Shown in pieces: positions 47,036 to 56,801 of a stretch of DNA of 64,000 nucleotides. Under the pieces are notes generated by a model. It searched no databases, had not been told where the DNA came from, and saw only the letters and a list, made by a program, of their open reading frames with translations. The translations under genes were made by a program, and so were the position numbers. The DNA is taken from positions 262,554 through 326,553 of the forward strand of contig JBAWWL010000002.1 of NCBI GenBank assembly GCA_037146775.1. The letters are read 5' to 3'. Position 1 is the first letter of the stretch. Each line of letters opens with the position of its first letter. This stretch comes from Candidatus Omnitrophota bacterium. GTDB lineage: Bacteria > Omnitrophota > Gorgyraeia > Duberdicusellales > 4484-171.

Positions 47036-48011
47036 AAAAATAATAGTATTTTTAGTAGTGTTGGCCGTGGTAATAAGCGCATTTTTTTTGGTAAAGAAAA
47101 ACAGTAAGACAGGATCAGCTAATGAATTGACCAAAGAAATAAACCCGACTATCGGCACCATACGCGTGATTATTTCAACTACCGGTACGGTTTTACCCAA
47201 GAACCGCTTGGCGATAAAACCGCCGGTAAACGGCCGCGTTGATAGCATTTTGGTACACGAAGGGGATATGGTAACAATTGGACAGACGTTAGCCTGGATG
47301 AGCTCTATCGAGCGCGCTGCTTTGCTTGATGCCGCACGGGCACAGGGTGAGGCGGTAGTACAATATTGGCAACGAGTATATAAAGGAATACCCTTGCTGT
47401 CTCCTATTGGCGGAGAAGTCATTGTCGCCACAGTTCAGCCCGGCCAAACGGTCACCACCAACGATCCGGTTATGGTGATATCGGATCATTTGATCATTCG
47501 CGCGCAGGTGGATGAAACGGATATCGGAAAAATCTCCGTCGGTCAGAAGGCAGTAGTTAGCCTGGACGCGTATCCCAACAATAAAATAGCCGCAATCGTG
47601 GAGCATATGTATTATGAATCAAAAACAGTCAATAATGTAACTATCTATGAAGTTGATCTCGTACCGGAAATAGTACCGCCTTTTTTCCGCTCCGGGATGA
47701 ATGCATCTATAGATTTTGTGATAGACAGTAAAGAAAATATTTTGGTTATCCCTGTTGAGGCGGTGCAGCGAGTAGACAACGAAACTTTTGTGATGCTGCA
47801 CTCAGGGAAGGGCAAGGGGTCGGTTAAGCGCCAGGTAAGCCTGGGTATTTCTGATGATAAGAATATTGAAGTTTTATCCGGATTAAACGAAGATGACGCC
47901 ATCGTAGTAAAAAGTAAAAAATACGCTCTTCCTAAGAGCGATACTGGAACAAATCCTTTTATGCCGGGCCGTAAGAAGCCAACCCAGCCCAGTTCCGGCC
48001 AAAGCCGTTAG
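47025..48011 (+). CDS. efflux periplasmic adaptor subunit (HlyD/MacA family)
   Basis: N-terminal TM anchor then biotinyl-lipoyl-like and beta-barrel segments (VHEGDMVTIGQTLA, VVATVQPGQTV). Confidence 0.7.
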   Translation: MKNKKIIVFLVVLAVVISAFFLVKKNSKTGSANELTKEINPTIGTIRVIISTTGTVLPKNRLAIKPPVNGRVDSILVHEGDMVTIGQTLAWMSSIERAALLDAARAQGEAVVQYWQRVYKGIPLLSPIGGEVIVATVQPGQTVTTNDPVMVISDHLIIRAQVDETDIGKISVGQKAVVSLDAYPNNKIAAIVEHMYYESKTVNNVTIYEVDLVPEIVPPFFRSGMNASIDFVIDSKENILVIPVEAVQRVDNETFVMLHSGKGKGSVKRQVSLGISDDKNIEVLSGLNEDDAIVVKSKKYALPKSDTGTNPFMPGRKKPTQPSSGQSR

Positions 48012-48016
48012 AAATT

Positions 48017-49987
48017 ATGATAGAACTCAAAGGTATCAATAAAACTTATGTAATGGGTAAGGTGGAAGTAAAGGCACTTAATGAGGTGTCTTTAAAAATC
48101 TCAGCCGGTGAATTTGTGGCAATTATGGGCTCTTCCGGATCAGGTAAGTCTACGCTTATGCATATCCTGGGTTTGCTTGATAGGCCCGATTCCGGGTCAT
48201 ATTCTCTGGGTGATAAAGACATCACCAAACTTTCCGATGAAGAGTTAGCTAATTTACGCAACCGGTTCATCGGATTTGTTTTCCAGCAGTTTCATTTACT
48301 GCCCAGAATGACCGCGCTTGAGAACGCGGAGTTACCTTTGATTTATGCCGGCAAAAGGCATTTAAAAGAAAAAGCCAAAGAGGAGCTTAAGGAAGTTGGT
48401 TTAGCGGATAGAATGCTTCATCAGCCAAATGAAATGTCCGGAGGCCAGCAACAGCGGGTGGCGATTGCCCGCTCATTAGTGAATGAGCCGTTAATACTGT
48501 TGGCAGATGAGCCTACCGGTAACCTTGATTCAAAAAGTAAAGAAGAAATAATTAACATATTAAAGAAATTGAACGAAAAAGGCAAAACCGTAGTTATTGT
48601 TACGCATGAAAAAGAGGTGGCAGCACATGCTAAGCGCGTTATTCAGATGCGCGACGGCCAGATCATCTCTGATGAATGCATGGTGCGTGAAAAGCAGATG
48701 TGCGAATCAATCGCGGAACAAACGAATCTGGTAAATGCCGCTTTATCAACGCCGCATAAAGTTTCCGGAGAAACAAAGTTTTTAGATTACTTACGCCAGG
48801 CGGTATTTGCGATGGTCTCGCATAAGATGAGGTCTTTATTGTCTATTCTGGGAATCTTAATCGGGGTAGCTGCAGTTATTGCCATGCTGGCAATAGGTGA
48901 GGGTGCCAAGTCTTCCATTGAAAAACAACTCGCTTCTCTGGGTTCGAATCTTTTATCGATTAGGCCGGGTTCCGCAAAATTACACGGAGTATCTATGGGT
49001 GCAGGCGCGGTAACGCGGTTTACCTTTGCGGATGTAGTAATGATTTCTAAACTGGGTGATGCGATCGCAAGAATATATCCCTCGGTAAATGGCAGGGGGC
49101 AGATTGTTTATGGTAATAAAAACTGGAATACTCAGGTTGAGGGTGTAGGCGTAGAGTATGCCGAAATGCGCGCGTCTGTTCCTATAATCGGAAGATTTTT
49201 TACCGAGCAAGAATTACGCATGAGAGAAAAGGTGGCAGTTTTAGGGGTGACGGTGGTAAAAGAATTATTCGGCGAAGACAACCCTGTTGGCCAAACCATA
49301 AAGATGAATTTGATTAATTTTAAGGTTATCGGAGTTTTACCCGAAAAGGGGGCGAGTTCCTGGCATGATCAGGATGATTATGCAATTATCCCGGTTACTA
49401 CCGCCATGTATAGAGTGTTTGGCAAACAATATATTGACTCGATTTTTGTAGAAGTAAAAAGCCCGGAACTGATTGAATCTACCCAGGAGCTTTTGACAAA
49501 AGCAATCATCAAACAGCATCGTCTGACCAAAGACGAAGAAGACTCTTTCCAAATTCGCAACATGTCCGATATAAAAGCGACTCTGGAAACTACCACTAAG
49601 ACTATGTCGATGTTGTTGGGCGCCATTGCCGCCATATCGCTTCTTGTGGGGGGTATCGGCATTATGAATATTATGTTGGTTTCGGTGACTGAGCGCACCA
49701 GGGAAATTGGTTTACGTAAGGCAATTGGAGCGACCAATAAAGACATTATGGTGCAGTTTCTTATTGAGGCGATACTGATGTCTTTTATCGGCGGTATCGT
49801 GGGTGTACTTCTTGGTGCAGGTATCGCGGTGCTTATTACATTTTTTGCCGGTTGGGCAGTAAAACTTTCCGGGTTTTCAATAGTACTGGCGACAACATTT
49901 TCTTTGGTAATAGGAATATTGTTTGGGATTTGGCCGGCTCAAAAAGCGGCGCAGCTTGATCCTATCGAGGCGCTGCGTTATGAATGA
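48017..49987 (+). CDS. macB: MacB-type ABC transporter (fused ATPase-FtsX permease)
   Basis: GSSGSGKST Walker A, LSGGQQQRVAIARSL signature, LLADEPTGNLD Walker B, then a 4-TM FtsX-like C-terminal domain. Confidence 0.85.
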   Translation: MIELKGINKTYVMGKVEVKALNEVSLKISAGEFVAIMGSSGSGKSTLMHILGLLDRPDSGSYSLGDKDITKLSDEELANLRNRFIGFVFQQFHLLPRMTALENAELPLIYAGKRHLKEKAKEELKEVGLADRMLHQPNEMSGGQQQRVAIARSLVNEPLILLADEPTGNLDSKSKEEIINILKKLNEKGKTVVIVTHEKEVAAHAKRVIQMRDGQIISDECMVREKQMCESIAEQTNLVNAALSTPHKVSGETKFLDYLRQAVFAMVSHKMRSLLSILGILIGVAAVIAMLAIGEGAKSSIEKQLASLGSNLLSIRPGSAKLHGVSMGAGAVTRFTFADVVMISKLGDAIARIYPSVNGRGQIVYGNKNWNTQVEGVGVEYAEMRASVPIIGRFFTEQELRMREKVAVLGVTVVKELFGEDNPVGQTIKMNLINFKVIGVLPEKGASSWHDQDDYAIIPVTTAMYRVFGKQYIDSIFVEVKSPELIESTQELLTKAIIKQHRLTKDEEDSFQIRNMSDIKATLETTTKTMSMLLGAIAAISLLVGGIGIMNIMLVSVTERTREIGLRKAIGATNKDIMVQFLIEAILMSFIGGIVGVLLGAGIAVLITFFAGWAVKLSGFSIVLATTFSLVIGILFGIWPAQKAAQLDPIEALRYE

Positions 49988-49998
49988 TGATAGAAAAA

Positions 49999-50027
49999 TT
50001 GACAGACAGCAGAGGCAGCATTAAAAT
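49999..50027 (+). promoter_or_regulatory. sigma-70-like promoter (TTGACA-17-TAAAAT) upstream of the plsC-like gene
   Basis: TTGACA at 49999-50004 and TAAAAT at 50022-50027. Confidence 0.45.
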
Positions 50028-50130
50028 AGTTACTATTTTTCGCAAAAGCTCACGAGAAATGAATTGAATATTCTCCAAAGTTCGTAAAAGGCAAACCCCG
50101 GAGAGATTTCTTGGTAACAAGGTGTTTTAA

Positions 50131-50850
50131 ATGAAACAAACGATACAGTCCGCGCTTATTTGGGCGATGAGCATCACCCTGACCTTTTTATTGTTTTTGG
50201 CAATGGCATTTTTTTCAATCATTCTTTATCCTTTTGACCGAAAGCGTAAAATCGCGCACGCCCAATGTTATTGGTGGTCTGATTTTCTATCGGCTTTTAA
50301 TCCTTATTGGAAGGTGACAGTGAGCGGCCTTGAAAATATCGATCATCATAAGATATACGTGGTGGTGTCAAACCATCAGAGCCTCGCTGATATTATCTTG
50401 ATGTACCAAACGAAAATGCAGTTTAAGTGGGTAGCCAAGGAGAGTCTTTTTAAAATTCCGATTTTGGGATGGAATATGATGCTGGCCAAACACATTCGGC
50501 TTAGGCGGGGAGATTTTTCCAGCATCAAGAAAACCTACCGGGAAGCCGGACAGTGGTTGCGTGACGGCATATCGGTAGTATTTTTTCCGGAAGGGACCAG
50601 AAGCAATATTGATGAGATGGGAGCTTTCCAGAATGGAGCATTCAAGCTTGCCATAAAAGAGAAAGTACCGATTTTACCTGTGATGATAGAGGGAACCAGA
50701 AACGCTATTCCCAAAGGAAGCTGGCGTTTTACTAACAAAAGTTCCTGCGCCGTAAGAGTGTTGGCCCCGATAGAAACCACTGGTTTTCTTCCCGGGGATT
50801 TTGCCCGCTTAAGGGATTTGACCAGGAATCAACTTGGGGGCATAAAATAG
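50131..50850 (+). CDS. 1-acyl-sn-glycerol-3-phosphate acyltransferase family (PlsC-like LPLAT)
   Basis: VVVSNHQSLADI (HX4D block) and FFPEGTRS. Confidence 0.7.
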   Translation: MKQTIQSALIWAMSITLTFLLFLAMAFFSIILYPFDRKRKIAHAQCYWWSDFLSAFNPYWKVTVSGLENIDHHKIYVVVSNHQSLADIILMYQTKMQFKWVAKESLFKIPILGWNMMLAKHIRLRRGDFSSIKKTYREAGQWLRDGISVVFFPEGTRSNIDEMGAFQNGAFKLAIKEKVPILPVMIEGTRNAIPKGSWRFTNKSSCAVRVLAPIETTGFLPGDFARLRDLTRNQLGGIK

Positions 50851-51120
50851 TACATAGTACAAATAAACTCTAAACTCTAAATCCTAAATAAACTCAAAAC
50901 GAAAAACTCAAAATTATAAATAATACTGTTTTGAGTTTGGAATATTTGGGTTTAGGATTTGTTTAGGGTTTAGGATCTCGGGTTTAGAGTTTGTCATAAA
51001 ACGTTGCCGATAGACGTAACCGTTTTCCGAGCCCCAACTATCTACTATGTACTACATACTCAATACTACATACTTTCTCCATATACTCAATACTCACGGC
51101 TATATACGACATACTATTCC
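50848..51120 (-). repeat. composite palindromic repeat element, reverse orientation (copy C)
   Basis: 50992-51021 is the exact reverse complement of 57613-57642 (30/30); the terminal arm at 51040-51115 is about 95% identical to the reverse complement of 57483-57550. Confidence 0.8.
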
Positions 51121-51121
51121 A

Positions 51122-51150
51122 TTGACAGATTTAAAATAGGGTGTATAATG
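51122..51150 (+). promoter_or_regulatory. near-consensus sigma-70 promoter (TTGACA-17-TATAAT) upstream of the csp gene
   Basis: TTGACA at 51122-51127 and TATAAT at 51145-51150. Confidence 0.6.
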
Positions 51151-51180
51151 ACGCCAATACGTTAAGGGAGTTAACTTAAG

Positions 51181-51219
51181 CCGCAAGGTAAAAGAAGAAC
51201 TTACCGAGCGGTTTTTTCC
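51181..51219 (+). terminator. intrinsic-terminator-like hairpin plus T6 inside the csp leader
   Basis: CCGCaaGGTAA...TTACCgaGCGG followed by TTTTTT (51212-51217); about 60 nt after the predicted TSS and 120 nt before the csp ATG. Confidence 0.5.
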
Positions 51220-51342
51220 TTTTTATGGGCTGTATTGTTAACAAAAGGAGGGTGATAGCCAAGAAAAAAAGAGTTTTGTAGGGTAAAAGTAGTAGTTTAG
51301 TAGTTTGTAGTCGGGCTTAAATGCCCCTAAAGGAGATTTGAC

Positions 51343-51546
51343 ATGCATACAGGAAAAATTAAAAAGTTAGTAAGAGAAAGAGGTTTTGGATTTATTAGCG
51401 ATACAGACGGTAGTGAAGTGTTTTTCCACCAGAGCAGCCTTGCTGATGTACAGTTTGGCTCTTTACAGGAAGACCAACAGGTTACTTTTGAAGTCGAGAA
51501 ATCGCCTAAAGGCCCTCGCGCTATCAATGTAAGTCTCGCGAAATAA
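51343..51546 (+). CDS. cold-shock protein (CspA family)
   Basis: GKIKKLVRERGFGFI (RNP1) and VFFHQS (RNP2); 67 aa. Confidence 0.85.
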   Translation: MHTGKIKKLVRERGFGFISDTDGSEVFFHQSSLADVQFGSLQEDQQVTFEVEKSPKGPRAINVSLAK

Positions 51547-51624
51547 CGTTGCACCCCTTTTGTAGGGAAAGTAAAGGGTGGTACGTAGCTGCAGAAAATC
51601 TTGCCTGTCTAAGACAAAAATACG

Positions 51625-53067
51625 ATGACATATAAACATGCTCTGTTTTTGAACCCGTATTTTGCTAAGTCTGCTACCAGCGCAATGAAGTTTTTTCCAC
51701 CCACCGGCCTTGAGTACGTAGCTACTAGCGCCAAAGAGTATGCGGATAAAGTAACGCTGCTCGATTTGCGCTATGAAAAAGAATTTTCCAAGGCCGACGT
51801 CCTTTTAGATTTTATAAAACATCAGATAGATATCGTCTGTGTTGGCATCGGATGGGATCGCCAGCTGGATGAAATCTGTAGTTTTTTAAACCGTGTACCC
51901 GAGGGTATACCTTTGGTTGTCGGCGGTTATACGGCAACAGAAAAAGTCGAAGAACTTTTTAAGGCTGCTCCGCGCATTAATATCATTGTCCGCGGAGAGG
52001 GCGAAGAGACAATCCGCGACATACTCAAAGGATATCCCCTTAAAGACATTTTAGGCATTTCGTACCGGGCCAACGGCAACATAGTTCATAACAAGAACCG
52101 GCCCCTGCCTGATGTGGATGAGCTTACTTATCCGGATCGTTCTTTGCGTAATAATAAATACCGTATGACCTTAAATGGCGTTAATATCGCTAATTTAAGT
52201 TTTGATACGGTTTTAAGCGCCCGGGGTTGTCCGTATAATTGCAAGTTTTGTACTTTTAGCGTCAATCCCTTAGGCCAGAAAAGGACCTATTCGGCCCGGA
52301 GCGCGGTTTCTGTTGCGGATGAAATCGCCGGAATAGACGCCAATATAATTCTTTTTAGCGACGAGAATTTTGCGGTTGACCCAAAAAGAGCGGAAGAGAT
52401 CTGTGATTTAATTATTGAGCGTAAATTGAAAAAACGTTTCGCGGCGCAGGTGCGCTTGGATATCGCCAAGTACCCGGTGTTACTTGGAAAAATGGTTAAA
52501 GCCGGGTTTAAGGCGCTGCTTATTGGAATAGAGTCTCCGCATGACTGGATACTTACGCAATTGAACAAAGGTTTTGATTCGCAGACAGTGAGAAAATCTT
52601 TCGCGATACTCACAAAGTACCCGATGTTTTATCACGGCTATTTTATCTATGGCAATATAGGAGAAACCGAGCAAGAAATGTTGTATATTCCCGAGTTCGC
52701 AAAAGAGATAGGAGTCGATTCTATTACCTGTTTGAAGTTAAGGATAGAGAAGTTTTCTCCGCTTCGGGAGCTCGCCCTGCGTACTCCCGGTTACCATGTT
52801 ACGGAGAGAGGAGAGCTTTATTCCGACACTTATGGATACCCTGCTTTAAAAAAGATAGGCAGAAAAATAAAATTTTCTTTTTATACTCCGCAGCGTTTTA
52901 TGAAGTTACTTTCCAAAACTGTTACCATACATTTTTTTAGCCTTAAGGAAGTAGCGCTTTTTCTGTGCGGAGTTCCGTTGATACTTAAGAATGTTATTGT
53001 CAGAGATATACAAAGAGGCCGCCTTAAAGATTCTTTAGCCCGCATTTTTGTCAACAGTAAGCGATAG
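51625..53067 (+). CDS. B12-binding-domain radical SAM protein
   Basis: SARGCPYNCKFC is a Cx3Cx2C motif; a Rossmann-like N-terminal domain precedes it. Confidence 0.65.
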   Translation: MTYKHALFLNPYFAKSATSAMKFFPPTGLEYVATSAKEYADKVTLLDLRYEKEFSKADVLLDFIKHQIDIVCVGIGWDRQLDEICSFLNRVPEGIPLVVGGYTATEKVEELFKAAPRINIIVRGEGEETIRDILKGYPLKDILGISYRANGNIVHNKNRPLPDVDELTYPDRSLRNNKYRMTLNGVNIANLSFDTVLSARGCPYNCKFCTFSVNPLGQKRTYSARSAVSVADEIAGIDANIILFSDENFAVDPKRAEEICDLIIERKLKKRFAAQVRLDIAKYPVLLGKMVKAGFKALLIGIESPHDWILTQLNKGFDSQTVRKSFAILTKYPMFYHGYFIYGNIGETEQEMLYIPEFAKEIGVDSITCLKLRIEKFSPLRELALRTPGYHVTERGELYSDTYGYPALKKIGRKIKFSFYTPQRFMKLLSKTVTIHFFSLKEVALFLCGVPLILKNVIVRDIQRGRLKDSLARIFVNSKR

Positions 53068-53145
53068 CTTTTGTTTCTTACCTCGACGAGCTATGAATTG
53101 TTATCTCTGCCGCATTCGTTATAATGAAAATAATTTTATATTAGT

Positions 53146-54141
53146 ATGACTCGAATTGAGATGAAAACATTATTGCTCGATGGCGCGTCTATCAAGAAGT
53201 TTTTTAAGATGAAAGACGCCATACGCGCGGTGGAGTTTGCTTTTAAGGAGTACGGTTACGGCCGTACTCAGATGCCGTCAAAAATTTACCTCCATCTTGA
53301 CAAATACGGGGGTGATTTCCGGGCCATGCCAGGGTATATCGAGCGCTTGAGGGCATGTGTGGTGAAATGGGTGAATGTGCATCCCGCAAATAAACGTAAA
53401 GGCCTTCCTACGGTGATGGCAGTAATGGTGTTAAGCGATCCTTCGTGTGGATTGCCGCTTTGTATTATGGATGGAACCTATGCGACGAGTTTACGTACCG
53501 GCGCTGCCGGGGCAGTGGCGGCTAAATACTTAGCCCGTAAGAACTCTCGAATTCTTGCGTTGGTTGGCTGTGGTATACAGGCAAGAGCCCAACTTTTGGC
53601 GCTACGGGAAATTTTCAAAATACAGGAAGTACGATTGTGGGATAAGGACAAAAATGCCTGCAGCCGTCTTAAGATCGAGTTGCGTCAGAGCAATGAAATA
53701 TATGTGATTATCTCAAGTCCCGAAGAATGCGTGCAGGGTGCGGATATTATTGTGACTACTACCCCTTCGCGTAAGCCTTTTTTAAAATATGCCTGGCTTA
53801 AACAAGGCGCGCACATCAATGCGATTGGTGCTGACGCTAAGGGCAAGGAAGAGCTTCAGCCGCAGATTTTAAAGAAAGCAAAGGTTGTGGTGGATTCTTG
53901 GGAACAAGCCTGTCATAGCGGCGAAATAAACGTACCTTTTAGGCGGGGGGCAATTTCTCGTAAAAACATCTATGCCGATATCGGAGAGATTGTAACCGGA
54001 AAAAAGAAGAGTAGAATAAATCAGAAGGAAATAACCGTTTTTGATTCAACCGGTTTAGCTATCCAGGATGTCGCCATTGCTGATGCGATCTACAAGCGTG
54101 CCCTTGTTGCTCATAAGGGCAGATGGATGAAGTTGATTTAA
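53146..54141 (+). CDS. ornithine cyclodeaminase/mu-crystallin family protein
   Basis: LALVGCGIQARAQL is a Rossmann NAD motif in the family-typical position; 331 aa. Confidence 0.6.
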   Translation: MTRIEMKTLLLDGASIKKFFKMKDAIRAVEFAFKEYGYGRTQMPSKIYLHLDKYGGDFRAMPGYIERLRACVVKWVNVHPANKRKGLPTVMAVMVLSDPSCGLPLCIMDGTYATSLRTGAAGAVAAKYLARKNSRILALVGCGIQARAQLLALREIFKIQEVRLWDKDKNACSRLKIELRQSNEIYVIISSPEECVQGADIIVTTTPSRKPFLKYAWLKQGAHINAIGADAKGKEELQPQILKKAKVVVDSWEQACHSGEINVPFRRGAISRKNIYADIGEIVTGKKKSRINQKEITVFDSTGLAIQDVAIADAIYKRALVAHKGRWMKLI

Positions 54142-54181
54142 TTAAGTTCGTAGGTTATAAGCGAAAGTACAAGGAGAGAAT

Positions 54182-54934
54182 ATGGAAGGAATTAAAGTAT
54201 TACGCAGTACGCAAATCATTATTTTGGGGATTTGTTTTGTTTTTGCTACCATCGTTTCTACAATAATTTTTTCTCAAGGGTTGTTAAAGATAAAGAAGTT
54301 TTCTTCAGAGGTAATCAAGGTGACCGGATCGGCAGAGAAAAATATAAATTCTGATTTGATAGTGTGGGTAGCGTCATTTTCGCAAAGAGCCCCTACGATG
54401 ATTGCTGCCTTTGGCGCTCTCAAGACCGATTTAAAGACCGTCAAAGATTATCTTGCTTCAAGCGGTATTAAGGATGAGGAAATTATTATTTCTCCGGTTT
54501 CAACCACTGTGTTGTATAGGAAGAACGAAAAAGGAAACGATACGAACGAGATTGAAGCGTATCTCCTGACGCAGGATGTGGAGGTCAAGTCGGTGGACGT
54601 AGTCAAGGTTACTGACATTTCCCGCCAATCTACACAACTTATTGAGCAGGGAGTGGGATTTATGTCGGTAGCGCCGCAATATTTTTATACGAAACTTGCC
54701 CAGCTTAAACTTGAGATGCTTAAGGAAGCTACCGAGAACGCAAAGTTGAGAGCGCAGCAGATGGCTCAAGCCACGGGAAACAAAATCGGCACCATGCGTT
54801 CGGCGAAGATGGGGGTGTTCCAGATCACTCCGGTTAATTCCTACGATGTTTCTGACTGGGGGATGAATGATACCACGTCCTTAGAGAAAAAAGTTAATGC
54901 GGTAGTGAACGCGGAGTTTTCGATTGTTGAGTAG
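54182..54934 (+). CDS. SIMPL-domain (DUF541-like) secreted protein
   Basis: N-terminal TM/signal region and a 250-aa size consistent with the BP26/SIMPL family; weak similarity. Confidence 0.35.
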   Translation: MEGIKVLRSTQIIILGICFVFATIVSTIIFSQGLLKIKKFSSEVIKVTGSAEKNINSDLIVWVASFSQRAPTMIAAFGALKTDLKTVKDYLASSGIKDEEIIISPVSTTVLYRKNEKGNDTNEIEAYLLTQDVEVKSVDVVKVTDISRQSTQLIEQGVGFMSVAPQYFYTKLAQLKLEMLKEATENAKLRAQQMAQATGNKIGTMRSAKMGVFQITPVNSYDVSDWGMNDTTSLEKKVNAVVNAEFSIVE

Positions 54935-55120
54935 AGAGTAGTATATAGTATAGAGTACATAGTAGGGGGAAAAATTAACGAATTAAATAATTAAAGAATT
55001 AACGGATTAAAGAAGAAAGGGGCAGGAAGGAAAAAGAAAAGTAAAAAGTTAAAAGGCAAAAGTAAAAAAGTATAAATTAAGATAGGGAAAAATTAAAAGT
55101 AAAAAACAAGGAGGATTATT
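54935..55120. repeat. intergenic repeat block (AGTAnnn, ATTAAnnn, purine-rich AAAAGTn)
   Basis: gagtagagagtagtatatagtatagagtacatagta...attaacgaattaaataattaaagaattaacggattaaag... Confidence 0.65.
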
Positions 55121-56380
55121 ATGGAGAGTAAAAGAGTTTCGCAAACAAGTTTCGATGGCCTTGGGATAGCGCCGAAAATCTTAGAGGTTTTGGATCATCT
55201 TAAGTTTACCGTTCCTACGCCAATCCAGCATAAGGCGATCCCGGCAGCTATCGAAGGTAAGGATATTATCGGCGTTGCTCAGACAGGTACCGGCAAAACG
55301 CTGGCTTTTGCTATTCCTGCTATTCAGCGTCTGATTCAGGGCAAGGGCTGTTGTCTTGTGTTGGTGCCTACGCGAGAGCTCGCTATACAAGTTGATAAAA
55401 CATTTCAAAAATTTTCTTTTCCGTTTAATATTAAGACCGCGGTTATTATCGGTGGAGCTTCTATGTATGCCCAGATACAGGCGATTAGGCGTAACCCCAG
55501 AGTTTTGATTGCGACCCCGGGGCGGTTGATTGATCATATTGGCCAGCGCACAGTGTCTTTGCATGACGTAAGTGTTTTGGTGCTTGATGAAGCGGACCGA
55601 ATGCTGGACATGGGGTTCTTGCCGCAAATTGAGGAAATCTTGCGTTTGGTTCCTAAAAATAGGCAGACTATGCTTTTCTCGGCAACCATACCTAGCGATG
55701 TTATCAAAATAGCTACCGGTCAGATGAGGCTTCCTATCTATGTAGAGATCGCGCCCTCCGGCACTATGGCAGATAATATTACCCAGGAATTGTTTATTGT
55801 TAAAAGAGACGCAAAAAGGCAGTTGCTTGAAAAATTACTGGGCCAATATCACGGCTCGGTTTTGCTTTTTGTTCAAACTAAAATCGGCGCGCGTAAGATT
55901 ACGCAATTCTTGCGTGAAAAAAATCACCATGCCGCAGAAATTCATTCCGATAGGTCACTTTTTCAGCGTCGTGAGGCGTTGGAAGGTTTTAAGTCGGGCA
56001 AGTACCGGATACTGGTAGCTACCGATATTGCCGCGCGTGGAATCGATGTTATCGGCATAGAGATTGTCATGAACTATGATATTCCGCAAGACGCAAATAA
56101 CTACGTGCATCGGATTGGCCGCACCGGAAGAGCCGGGCATGAAGGCCGGGCAATTTCATTTGCGACACCTGACCAGGGGATGGATGTGCGCGATATCGAA
56201 AAACTTGTCAAGACAACCTTGCCTGTCCGTCAGCATCCGGATTTTCCTAGTGAAAGCTTCTCTTCTCATTCGGCACATTCAGGAGACAGGCGTTCCGGTT
56301 CGGGTCGATATGGCCGTAAAGCGTGGCGTTATTCAAACAGCAGCCGTCGTTCGGGCTCATCGTTTCGGGGGAGCCGTTAA
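55121..56380 (+). CDS. DEAD-box ATP-dependent RNA helicase
   Basis: Q-motif, AQTGTGKT, DEAD, SAT, HRIGRTGRAG; R/S/G-rich C-terminal tail. Confidence 0.85.
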   Translation: MESKRVSQTSFDGLGIAPKILEVLDHLKFTVPTPIQHKAIPAAIEGKDIIGVAQTGTGKTLAFAIPAIQRLIQGKGCCLVLVPTRELAIQVDKTFQKFSFPFNIKTAVIIGGASMYAQIQAIRRNPRVLIATPGRLIDHIGQRTVSLHDVSVLVLDEADRMLDMGFLPQIEEILRLVPKNRQTMLFSATIPSDVIKIATGQMRLPIYVEIAPSGTMADNITQELFIVKRDAKRQLLEKLLGQYHGSVLLFVQTKIGARKITQFLREKNHHAAEIHSDRSLFQRREALEGFKSGKYRILVATDIAARGIDVIGIEIVMNYDIPQDANNYVHRIGRTGRAGHEGRAISFATPDQGMDVRDIEKLVKTTLPVRQHPDFPSESFSSHSAHSGDRRSGSGRYGRKAWRYSNSSRRSGSSFRGSR

Positions 56381-56690
56381 GGATAGTACAGAGTACAGCG
56401 TACATAGTACATCGTGGGGCGTGGGGCAAGATTCGTTAAGCGGTTACTCGCCTCAGCTTTTGCTTCAGCGAAGTGGGCGAAACTCGTTTCGGTTACGTCT
56501 AACGGCTTATGATAAACTCTAAATCCGAAACCCTAAACTCTAAACAAATCCTAAACCCAAATATTCCAAACTCAAAACAGTATCGTTTTGAGTTTTGAGT
56601 TTTTCGTTTTGAGTTTATTTAGGGTTTCAAGTTTAGTGTTTAGAGTTTATTTGTATTGTATAAGACATACTGTATATAGCAATGTCACTA
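56381..56690 (+). repeat. composite palindromic repeat element, forward orientation (copy A)
   Basis: Order: AGTAnnn array, GC-rich core, YYCTAAA array, central hairpin CAAAACagtatcGTTTTG, TTTAGRR array, reverse AGTAnnn-type arm; the 31-bp GGGCAAGATTCGTTAAGCGGTTACTCGCCTC is identical to 57549-57579. Confidence 0.8.
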
Positions 56691-56801
56691 TACTTCAAAA
56701 CAAAAATCATTCTTCTAAAATTCTTAAATAGGAAAGTTCTTTCCTTAAAATTTCTGCAAAAAATAACGAATCCTTTAAAATTACATATCCAGGGCTATAC
56801 C

